Shown here one piece after another: positions 13,239 to 25,900 of a DNA stretch of 64,000 nucleotides. The stretch comes from Ostrea edulis (taxonomy: Eukaryota). The stretch lies in assembly GCF_947568905.1 (NCBI RefSeq), contig NC_079165.1, positions 61,132,001 through 61,196,000 on the forward strand, read 5' to 3'. How positions within the stretch are numbered: the first letter of the stretch is position 1; each line of letters begins with the position of its first letter. The notes beneath the pieces were generated by a model. The model was given only the letters and a program-made list of their open reading frames with translations. It searched no databases and had not been told where the DNA came from. The translations under genes and the position numbers were made by a program.

Positions 13239-15749
13239 GGCTAAAATTATGACTACCAGTGACGTAGATGTAGCTAGGTAGCATCACATTAGATAAAAGT
13301 TAAGCATTAAAAAGTAACAATCCATTGTACATGTATGAGTTTCATGGTATATGGTTACAACTTGTTTAACCTCATCATAGAAATGCCATCGGGTCGTTGT
13401 TCCTTAGGGTATTTCCTTCTACTTAAATATATTCTATAATACTTCTCACAAAAAAGTAGGATACTGTTATTCTCTACAGACGGATGTACATGCATGTGTG
13501 TTTGCTATAACTTAACATTAATAGGGTTTCATCAATATTTGGTACTAGTAAAAGTTTACTATATGCATACACTTATGTTTATCCAAGAGTGTCCCCCCCC
13601 CACCCCCCCACTAAACTGCTATCCTCGGTATATGTAAAAAACAATCTGCAAATAGAATGTCTATAGATTTACATACCTTCTGTACAATGTATAATGTCCT
13701 GCCACAGTGTACATATACCCCGGGGATAAAATTTATCTACCTTCAGAACGCCTACATTGACAAGAGCAACGCAAACAAGTACATTTCGCTTATATGACTA
13801 CATTACGTAGAATTTTTCCGCTACAACTGCATGTCTGTATGATTTTGGTTGGAAAAGTCCACTTGTCTAGAAGGCATTTTCAGAGTTACACCGTTATTTT
13901 CATTTTAAAATCTTATCATCTACGATTTGTATATATAATTGTAAATTGATAAAATTCATGAGTCTAGAATATTTGAATTATCATTAGAGAAAAAGCACTT
14001 AACAAAGCAACCTAAAGTCAGTCTGATTAAAACCAAACCTCCACTAGCTCACATATAAAATAGGTACGTAGTGCAGTTTTGATTTTAATCCGATTGACCT
14101 GAAACCAGCGGGCGTGTTCGGTATTCTACTCTGTTTATTCCCCACGTTTCTCCCTAGGAAAAAAAACTCTACATTCCCTGTATTTCAAAAACTTGTAGAT
14201 AACCTTCGAAGAATTGAATATATCATCCAAGATAAAAAAGAAATCGTTTGTTTCAAAGGCGACAAAATTGATACCTAATACATATGTATTTCAAGAGCTT
14301 GCAGAGGCCGCTAAACAGCAGTCTCTGTCAGCAAAGTTTGTCATGCTGAGACCACTCTCAAAATTTCATCGATTTTTGTTTAGTCGTCAAACTGTTTTAG
14401 TGAAGAAGAAAAAATTGAGTGTCGAAGTTTCATGCAATCAGATACACATACGTACATGCACACAAATAGGACTGAAAATGAAAACCCCATCGCGGAATGT
14501 CGGAGTTCTGTAATATAGCTAAAATCTGAAGGGCATACCATTTATTTACCTGCACCTGAATGGGTGTCTAAAACGAATTCGTTGTTTCAGAGAATAACCC
14601 GTCCTTAGGAGTGTATTCAAGTATATTTTTAGTAACAGGGTAAAAAAAATGCAGCTATGCTATATTCCTCAAAGTCAAATATAGAGTAACTAAGAAAAAT
14701 CAAGGATCATGCAAAAATGAATATAAAACAAATTTCAAAATACCAAACCGGGAATTCTCTCCCGATGTACCATGTCCATCATTTTCATATAGACACACTA
14801 TAATTTTCTTGAAATATATATTTAACATACGAAAATGATCTATAAAAATAAATGATAAAATATGAAATAATTTACTTACAAGTAATTCAATCTCAGACTG
14901 CGTTTTTAACATGTTAAAATAATACACCTCACCTTCATCGTGTTTTCGCTTGCTGTTTCCATACTTAGCATCACGCCCAACTCCTTATCAGCATTTGAGT
15001 TAAGTGCTTAAAACTGGAAAGTTCAGTTTACAATCCCTTATCTGTTACCAAAAGCAAACAAGATATGGACAGTATTAATTTTCGCATCTATAAATATGAA
15101 AGTCCTTCGACTTGATCTATGCCCTTAGCTACACGTCCAAGCTTCAAAATCTCAATAGTTTACCAGTATGTAAATTACTGTCGTACTACACTGAACATAC
15201 GCGCGATTATGATACATATTTACATCTGGGTAATTTTCTATCAGGGAAAACACGTACTTGGAGATTTCTGTATACTCCATCCATCAAATCATCATCTGAC
15301 AAAATGATGTTATTTGTCACAGTGTTTAATGCATGCATTTGTAACTGTTTATGACATTATCATATGCTAGCTGTACATGTGCGATGTGTGTAAGTGACAT
15401 TTAGATGCTCAGAATATCTACACACAGTAGTGGATACTTAAATAAAAACCATCATATGGTGAAAGAAAATTATGTAACATGGACCTTTTAGAATGAAAAA
15501 AAAAATCTAGATCCCTAGAAATAATAATCCTAGCTTAGCCTATCATGTTGCGAACACATCAGTAAACAATAAACCTAGCTTAGACTATCATGTAGCGACC
15601 ACATCAGTAAAGAATAAATTTTGTGATGTAAGCAGTTTTAATCCCTGGCACTGCAACACTCGATAAAGGTCACCAGATTATTACACACACACATACACAC
15701 ACACACACAGAGTACAAAATAACATAGGATTCAGTTTCAATATAAATAA

Positions 15750-15755
15750 TTTATT
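15750..15755 (-). terminator. Probable CEP135 polyadenylation signal (AATAAA)
   Basis: AATAAA on the minus strand about 1.2 kb downstream of the stop codon. Other AATAAA hexamers exist nearer the stop, so usage is inferred. Confidence 0.4.
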
Positions 15756-16958
15756 TCATAAATATGCTTTTTGATATAAATTAATATTTAGTACTGAAAG
15801 AAGAAACCACTTGTGTTAAAGTCAGACTGCCTAACAAATCCTGTGACTTGGATGATTTATGAATTTGCCGCTCCCTCAGATTGTAACAGTACATGTCTCT
15901 TGCAACAGATGCAGTGTACCGTAGTACAACCCTAAACTGTGAAAAACTTCATATCGTACACGACAGTTTCCATCACAATCCAGTATTTGTTTACAGTCAA
16001 AACACAAAAGGAAAAAATTACACACTCTTCAACACCAAAATAAGTGTCCATGTTCCAAGAATTTTAGTGAAACAAATTTGATGTTTTCTACCCCCGTTTT
16101 CAGCACTTTCTATGCATAGACATGAATAATAAACTAAATGCTAATTTTGAACCTAGATATAAATTAATTTGCTCTGACAAATGCATGCACGATATTGCTA
16201 CAGATTATGTCCATTGTATGGCATCAAATTTACAACAAAAATGCATATAAATTACTAATACAAAGAGTAAAAGTGTTTAACTAAATATAAAAAAAAATCA
16301 ATAAAACAAATTCAAACAAAACTGGCAATATTAAAAAATTAATGAATGGACGGACGGACAGCTTGAATTGTACAAAATAAAGATAACTAATGGGAAATAA
16401 CAATTGAAAACTGAAGACATTTTTCATCTTTCATAATCATCCCACACAGATCAACTTTCTAAGTACAGTGTATTCAAAATTTACACCATGCTCTGGATAC
16501 AGCTTTCTATGATAGAAAGTTAACAGAAAATCATATAATCATGAACATTGAAGAGAAAGAATTGAGTACATGGAATTCATCAGTACAGCACTGATTGTAA
16601 ATCTAAGAAATATCACAGACATAAATATCTAAAATATCAAGTAGCTAGGTATTAAGGAGACCTTCTACACCATGACAGACTATAACATCTCTAAAGAATT
16701 TATCCACCAGAAATTAATTCTTTCCCTCTCTCTAAATTTGAATTGCTGGCATTGGAATGTTAGTAACACTTTCTCCTTATCACAGAATGTTGAATCGGGT
16801 CTGGGGCAGTGGATTTCTTGCACACCGCATACATGGTACAATTTACTCAACCTTGTGTAAAAATCTACATGCATACTGAACATATATAAAATATATATAT
16901 AATCTGACAAGTGTAACTGTTTCTAAGTTGGTGAGGTTATTTTGCTGCTTTGTGAGGA

Positions 16959-19900
16959 TCATAAGACATCCTGCCCAATGCCTTTGGTCGATGTTTCTGA
17001 TGGGTCATCTAAGTAGCTGCTTCTTTCAGGACTGCGAGTTCTTCTTGCAGATGAATTCAGGTAGGATGTGTCAGGGCTTCTGTATCTACAGAAAAAGAAA
17101 AGGTTTTATAGAGGTGCCTAATATACCACCTTATAAAGACAGAAAAAATCATCTGCATTTATTTCCCAAGAAGCCTCATTGAAATTGTTAAGTACATTTT
17201 AATCACTGAATTTTAATTTACCTGGATGGACTGGGTGATCTTGATCTGGATCGTGACCTTGACCTTGTCATGGAAGCATAAGTTCTGGAGTAACCTGGAT
17301 GACTGCTGTACTCCATAGTGGGTATGGGTGGGGCAATGTTGTGACGACGAAGTTCCTGTACAGCTCTTTCTCTTTCAAACTTCTCACTGGTCAAGTTACG
17401 ACGCAGTCTCTCAACATCTCCCTCCAGTTCAACATTTCTGGTTCTCAGTGATGCAATTTCACGTCCTTGGCTTTGTCTGAAAGTAGTTCATAAAAACTAC
17501 AGATATCTCTCTAAATAATATTACAGTAAATGATTTTATGCTCTCCTTGCAATTTTTAAAACTGAATTGTAATAAAACATGCTGCAATGATTTGTATCTT
17601 CTGCATTTGTTCCATTTCAATTTCTAATTTTCTCCCAATGTGAAGGTTTCTGTCAACTAAATGTACATGTATATTGATCCCAAAAATTAATTCTCAGTGG
17701 AGGGTTTTTTATTTGTAAAGCATGTCCGTGGCAGTGGTGAAATTTGATCTTTCACCTTAACTTAAATCTGACATAAAAATTTGATCTTTCAGTTCACCAA
17801 ATATGAAGTCTACCTTGTTTAGTTCAAAGCTATGACCACAGCTAAAGCTGCAGTCAGACTGACTGACCCAAAACAATATCTCCCAATCTTCAATCTCAGA
17901 CGGAAAAATAATGTCTTCTGTTATCATGGATATATAGAAAATAGAATTCTCCCAAATTTGTACCATATAACTTAAGATTAAATTTCTTTAAAAATGGGTA
18001 TGGACCTAGTTCCCAGGTCTCATTCATCCCTGTTCACATGTCAAAATTAATGTCAGAACCTTCAAAACATCCCAACATCAACGTGGTTTAGTTCGACAAC
18101 TTTTTCCTTTACATTGAGTTATTTTGTCCAACACTACATCTACACTTGTTTACATTTTGCTTTCGTTGAGTGCCAGTCTGTCCTTTAACATCTGGATCTC
18201 TGAGGACTTCTCCTGATGGACAAGCTGGGTCTGGAACTCCTTTTCCCTGTTGTTCTGTAACAGGCTCTCCAGGTTCTTGGCATTGGTCCTTTCACTTCCC
18301 AGCTGCTGCTTCAGGAGTTCCGTCTCCTGCTTCATGTCATCAATCAAACTCGTCAACTACAAGGAAAACACAGAAATTTACATGAACTGTACACAGAACT
18401 TGCTATTATCTATAAAGAAAGCAGTGAATGAATTTTGGCAGCAAATAATTCAAGAGTATTCTAATATGGATTTATTATTTAAAATGCAATCCTTAATAAT
18501 AGTTCTGAAATGAATTTATTCTTGACTGTTGAGATTAAAATAATGAAAAATAACAACAAATGAATGAATGGGATTGACAAAATTTTACAAAAATATGATT
18601 TTCACAAAAACAAAGATCTGGCCGATAAAAAGTGATTCACAGTATATGGCAGTATACTAGTGCTTACTGATTCATGTTTATGAGAGGTACATTGTATCTG
18701 TATACCACAACTAAACTCACGAGATAAATCTAGAAAATATATACATGTTGCATGAAACAAAGGAAAAAGCAAACAGTACTACAAAGGGAGATCATTCATA
18801 TATAAACCACCCCTCTCTATTCTTTTAACTAGTCTGTACCTGCTCCTTGTCCAGTGAGGCAGAAGTGAGTTGACGATGTATGGACTCCTTGGTGCCCTCC
18901 AACTTGGCACAGAGTTCTCGGACAGCGGTCAGGTCATCCAGGAGGTTCTGTTTGTCCTCCTCTGTCTGCCTCATGGCCTCCTCCAGGTTACCCACAGATC
19001 GGGTCAGATTGGACACCTGTAACTCGTAAGCTTGCTCTGCATTTAAGTGCTGAAATGAAAAAAGTCAAAAGAAAACTGAAGGAAGAACGAAAATCGTGTA
19101 TATATTTGTGCAGATAGCCTCATGAATAATACATACAACTGGTGAACATTCTTGACTTCCATTCCTTAGACACATTTATGCAAATCAATTGAGAGAAAAA
19201 ATCTCCATCGAAAAAAGTTCAATTTTAAAATGCTTAAATACTGGATATTTGATTTTGAAGACATTAACAATATGATGAATAATAATGAAAACATGAAAAA
19301 GAAAATAACATCAGAAAAAATAACAACAAAACATGAAAAAATAACCAATTTATGTAGATTCCTTATTCATTGTCAAAAATGCAATTCATCTGATTTTATG
19401 AATGACTATTGCAAATTCATAAATGTCAACATTATACTATTTTGACTTTGCCATCCATTATCCATACATAAGTGTAAATACAGAAGAGGACAGTAAATTT
19501 GTATTCTTGCAATTTGAGACAAACTATCCACATAAGGAATTTACATTTGATTGGAACAACAATGAGAAAAAGATATCAAGTAAACTCTCCATAACTCTCA
19601 CCGTGGGACATATTATCTATCAACAATGATATAGTGGTAAATAAAAAAATGCATGAATACTAAAACGGGACTGGAAATGTATAAAACCAATATTAATCAG
19701 ATTTTGATTCAGTCACAGCCATACCTCTTGAATTTCTCTTTCAAGATTGTCCAGCTTATCCCTAGCTCTCCTGAGTTCTGAGTCCTTTGTCATGAGCTCG
19801 AGGCGTAAATTCGAGCCCTCACTCTCCAGTTGATGAGTTGAGGTCTGGTACTGTTCAGCTTCAGCAGACAGAGCTCTGTACTGATCCAACAAATCTGTTC

Positions 19901-22900
19901 TTTCATTCTCCTAAAAAAACCAACCCAAGATCATGAAAAAATTATCAAATAATCCAAGTACATATACATGTATGTTTCATACCGGTTGAATGATAATGCT
20001 ATAATTCAGTTTAAATTCCACGAAATTTCAAAACAGAGCCACAATGTTAAAATCGAAAAGTAGGATAACATAAAAAAATTGAGTGTACTGGGATTTGTGC
20101 CATCAGTGCCTGGACAGTTAGATTGAAAGATTTTATAATTTTTGGTTTATCGGTGCATATATACAGTGGGCTCTGTAATGCAGGGGACCTGGGAAATAAT
20201 TTGTTATATCCGTCATTTATTGTACACTTGTATCTGTAATTACTTATGATCAGAAGATTAGCTTGTTTCACATGTATATGTACATATTGATGTTTAATTA
20301 TTGGAAATGCACTTCGACACACTGAATTTTACATCATGTTGTACAGAGATGAAGAATCTGGAAACATTTTGAATGTCTTGTTATCGATTTTGATATCTCA
20401 ACTATTGTTATATCAGACGTCATTTTATACAAGTGAGACTTAGATTTTACTTTGTTGTGAGCAAAATTTTGTTATATGTGATTTTGTTTTAACTGTCATT
20501 ATAACAAAGGAAAAAAGAAGAAAATTATTTGGGACCTAAAAATCATTTTGTTATAGGCAGCATTTCATCATGTCCAATGATGTTGTAAACAGGGCCACTG
20601 TACATTGTATACATTTTTCAATATCATTTGTAAAGCAATACTGATTTTTAAGTTTTGCACTTTATGTGTAGTAAAAAATCTCCGGACTCACTTTTCTGGC
20701 CAGGACATCCTCGATGCGTTTGACCTCCATCATGTAGTCCTGCACTTGATGTTTAAGATTTTCCTTGTCCTCTAGTGTCTCTTGTAATTCAGAGTTAAGC
20801 TTCTGATTTTCTCTTGTCATTACTGCCAAATCATCCTGCAGACGGCGATTCTCTCGCAGAGCGATGTCTTTACTTCGACTGGACTCACTCAGATCCTCCG
20901 ATGTGCTGTCTAACTGACGACGCATGCTATTCACTTCACGTTCTTTTAAGTTCAGATTATCATTAGCATGCCTGAAAAAATTGTGAAGATAGAATAAATT
21001 ACTGAAAAAATACAAAATCACAACAGTATGCTTAAATCATTATAAGACATTTTGGATGTAAATTCAATGTGCATAAACTTTATCTATACATATTTGAATT
21101 ATAGATTAGTATAATATTTACTTACTCTAATTGTGCTTCAAGTTCACTCACTCGGATTTTGAGGTCACTCATCAGTTTTTCCTACAAGATAATGGCACAT
21201 TTAAACAGTTTTTATAATCAATTTAGTGACAGGTAAATCAAGCTTCAGTTTGAACTATGACATAACAGCATTTTAACTAACCAGAGTCCTGGTCTTCATT
21301 TACTCTCGAATGAGACACAATTCAAAAAGTACCTTATGTAAAATATCTTCATTGAGATGAGCTGTTTTTTCTGTCTTTTCATCCACTGTGTGCTGTAGGG
21401 AATCCTTTTCTCTGTCCATAGCATTAATGGTCACACGAAGCTGACTGATGTCATCTTTGGCCATTTCCAAGGCACGTTTGAGTTCTGCACACTTTTCCTC
21501 CAGGGCAACTCCTCGCTCCTCTTGGTGGTGGAGTTCCCGTTCTCTCTGAGCAAGTCGCCTCTGTGTGTCTTCCAAAGATTTCTCAGTTTCCTCAGCAATC
21601 ATTCTGCATATTAATTACCAATTACGATTAAAGTGTATCTAGTAATTGTTAGACTGAGTTTAATCTTCCTCTATATTAATCACACATGTTTTAAGAATAA
21701 AGCCTTTATATTAGAAAAAAATATATCAAAACATATCCCTGAGAAGTTCCGAGACAAGTGTGAACCAGACTTACTTCATTTGCTCCGCTGCAGATCTGCT
21801 CTGAGCATGGCTGTCCTGGGACTGGCCGAGCCTCAGGGCCTGTTCCTTCACTTGATCCTCATAGCTCCTGATGTCCTCTTTCAGAGTGCTGATTCTCAAG
21901 GTCATCTCATTCTTCTCCACTTCAGCCTAAAATTTCCAACATAATAAATCATCAAACCTCATAACATTTAGCATATCTTAAAACATGATTAAAAAAATTT
22001 TGTACCATTTTAAAACTACTTATATTAGTTTATCAAAAAGTCAAAATGTTTGCGTTATGATTTTAAGAATGATCAATTAACATAATGTCTTTACATGATG
22101 CAGTGCAGTATCTAGATCCTCAATCTTCTGCTCTAACTTGGCTCTGTCAGACAGTGATGACTCCGTGGCTATCTTTAGCCTCTCCCTCAAACTATCCCTC
22201 TCTGTAGACATACGTCGTAAATCCTGTAGGGCATCATCTCTCTCCGTTTCCACACGCCTGAGAATGGCCTGAGCAGCCAGGGAGGTCTTAGGAGACTTGG
22301 GGGATTTTACAAGCTCCCTCCTCACCCTATGGAGCTCATCTTTGGTCTACAAAAATAGGTAACAAACAACTCAATTCTCTACTAAATCAAAATAATTCAT
22401 ATAAAGAGAGTTGTAATGTTGAGTCATGGTTTACAATCCAGAATTTGTAGTGATGAATATTACCTCCTCATACATTGTGTTTAGCTTATCTCTTTCTGCA
22501 GTTAGGACCTTCACATTGGCTTGAATCTGTAAGACAAATCAGAACATGATTTTTTGCAAAGTCTGCATTCACTGGGTTTTTCTAAAATTTTGTTTTACTG
22601 TAAACCAGAATATACATGTATGTATGTGTAGATAAGCACTGTTATTGCTTACCTCTGCCATGTGCCTTTCAAATTTGTCCAACAGGGACTTCAAATCATC
22701 TCTTTCCCTGATAATCTTTGAAAGCTCTGGGTCATCTGATGTCAAGCTCTAAAAATATATATAATTATCAATTTTCTGACTTTGGAAATGTAATTATTGT
22801 AAATACTGAAATAAAGAGAATGGGTTAACTCTACCCAACAGATATAATGATAAACCTTGGTGGGTGTGGCTCAGGCTGAGAATGGATTAACTCTACCCTA

Positions 22901-25900
22901 CAGATATAATAACAAACCTTGGTGGGCGTGGCTCGGGCTGAGGAGGCAGATTTCTTCACAGCCTTCAGAACCTCATACTCCTTCTTGTAGTAATCCCTCT
23001 CCTCCTCCATCACTCGGATAATGGTCTCATACTGTGCCACCGTCTGTAAAATAAATGATTCACTCAGACATCTGAAAGTCAAAGGTCATCATCAACCAAT
23101 CATTTACAGTGTACTACCTCTAGATACCTTTTTATCTGACTTGCTGCCCACATCTCTGATGGGACTACCACTGCGTGAAGATGGTCGGGATCGGACAGGA
23201 CTTCGGCTGCGAGATGGAATCTCTCCCCGTACCATTTTCTGGAGGGCCTCAGTCTGGTCTTTGTAATAGTTCCGCTCCTCCTCGATACTTCGGATGAAGG
23301 CATCTAGTTTACTGGCTGACTTTCCTTTTTTGCCATTCACAGTGGTTGCGGGACCATTCTTTCTTTTCAGTCTTTCAATTTCCAATACTAGTTCTTTTTC
23401 TACACATCAGAGAGAAATACAAGTGCAATAATTACCTTTTGGTGAATCCTTGAAATGATAATTGCATTTTAAAAAGCAAAATGAAAACACGAAGAATATG
23501 GATATCACACTCAACATGCCCCCATGCAAAATCAGAAATCTGTTAGCTTGATAGTGACCTGTTATTCAGAGTAGATGTACACTATATAAAACTTTGTATA
23601 TACCATTGGTCATCATCTTGTTACAGCGGTTGCTAAGGCGTTTCTTGTCCTCCTGGACACGGTCCAGTAGTTCCTCTAACCGGAGCAAGTCTCCATTCTT
23701 GACAGACAGCTGAGCTTGAACATCACTGTTCTCCTTGCTTAACCTCTGAGTCTCCTACAAATTAGAAAATACATAATCAAACACTAAACATGAATTTACA
23801 CGTGTAGTTTTCCAGAATACCTGTCTTGTATACCTGTGGAACAAATAAAATGTTGTTACACAAGAAATGGTGCCATGTTCTAAGACACTATACAATCATG
23901 TGATACCAAATGTCATACCACTCACTTTCACTTCTGTCTGAAAGGAAATACATGAGCAAGTACTTAACAAACAGTAAGCATTGTCAAATATTCAAGCTTG
24001 GGGGACAAAAATGAAGGCACTGTAATCATGGTGATCTGTCAAGAAAAAAAAATTACATCTGTATTTTCTTGGGGTCTTCTCTTGGTGGTTTCAATGTTAA
24101 GAACAAAATGCTCAAATTGAAATCTTCCATGAACACAAGAAAGTGAACTATCATTAAAAACATTAACATTTCAACTAAAATTCAAGTGATTTCACAGTAT
24201 TCAGCAAATAAAAACATGGGAAATGAAAGAAAAAGTAAGCAAGCTCACATACCACACACTCTAACATTACTTGACAATGCCTCCTATAATGAATGGTAAT
24301 GTTATGCATTACTGCAAGAACAGGACAGACAGGGGTGAAATTTTAAGTTCAAAAGGGGCATAACTCCCAGAAAAATGATTGAATCAGAATTTCCTGATAA
24401 TATGCACATCTACACAGTGTGTCCTTATCAACTAAAAAGTTTCATGAAATTCTGTTGAGCGTTCTCAGAGGAGTTGCACTGACAGACTGATGACGGATGG
24501 ATCAAAATCATTATACCCTCCCCCCGCAACAAAGTGGGGTATAACAAGAGTCTAAATTCATCAAACATATAATATAGATTATCGATATCAAGAGGAAGCT
24601 TGGTACTCAACAAAGGAAGCTGTGATTTGTAGTTAATGAGAAGACTTTAACATAATACATGCACATATAGTTTACAAACATGAAATAACTGAGCTCATGA
24701 GCCCAGAATGTTCAAACTTGCCAAGCCACATACTAGTGATAATATAAATAACAGATTTAACACTTTGTTCATGTACACAACATCAAGTGACGATGCTGGA
24801 ATTCAGTAAGTGATCACTAGACCACATGCTCCACAGATACACGTAGAGTATCAGCTGGTAATAAAGAATAGATATGGTACTTACAGCTTTGTACTGCGCT
24901 ATTGTGAGATCCAAATCCTCCAGTTCATGTCTTGATTTCTCTAGCTCACCCTGAAACATTCATATGATACAATCTAATCCATCTATCCATCATCTTAATC
25001 CAGCATTCAGGAGAGATATTACAGAACTAGACTTCATTCCATGGCACACCAACCTTGGCTTCCATCATTTCTCTATCAGCTGTTCGCACAACATGGTTCT
25101 TGTCCGACTCCAGCCTTTTGGCTGTCCGATCAATATCCCTGAGATCAAGCTCTAATTCTTTGATCTGTGCCTCCTGATCTTTAATGGTCAGTCTACTCTT
25201 ACTCAGATTGACCTCCAGATCCTCCTTGACAGCATTGGAATCCTGGTACTTCCTGTCGAGCTCTCTTGTTTTTTGCTGCAGGAAGTCAATCTACCAACAC
25301 AATAAACATTCATTAAAAAGTATACACTGAGGTGGTTTCAAGGACAAATAAATTTTATACATATAAAAGAAAAAATACAGCGTCATAGTGGTTGAATAGC
25401 AGCCACGATACTGTGAAGTTATGCTGTTTTCATATACTAGTACTAGAATATGTTCATGTTTTTGCATTTGTATTGAAGCGAGCTAATCTATATGATTGAG
25501 CATTAATTACTCTTTTTTGATTTGACTGTTAGAATCTCAGAATTAAATACCTGAATATTAAGGTGTGATATCATGCGTTCATTAGCCCTGTTGCGGGCCT
25601 CCAGGGCCACAACATCCGATGGTCGTCCACCTTCCAACATTCTGTTTAGACGCTCTATCTCCTCATCCCTGTTGGCAACCTATTAAAAAATACAACAGGA
25701 AGATGGATACTGAACTAAACACAAGAACACCATCAAATTCAAAATCATCTACAACTGCTTGACACATACTTAAAACAGGTCATTTGAAATATGAAAATTC
25801 AGAGAAAACTTTATTGACTGAATGAATATTTCATTGCACGAATAGAGGACTTTTGTTTAATGTAGATGGGTTAAAACTAGTTACAGAAAGCTTTTCCTCC

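Noticed and set aside
5358-15000. Possible INF2 5' non-coding exons (donor-like motifs near 5357, 14550 and 14932)
   Set aside because: Donor hexamers occur by chance at this density and cannot be assigned without transcripts.
17757-25155. Plus-strand and off-frame ORFs overlapping CEP135 exons (e.g. 18170, 18250, 21633, 23021, 23100, 24964)
   Set aside because: Antisense or alternate-frame shadows of coding exons with no independent support.
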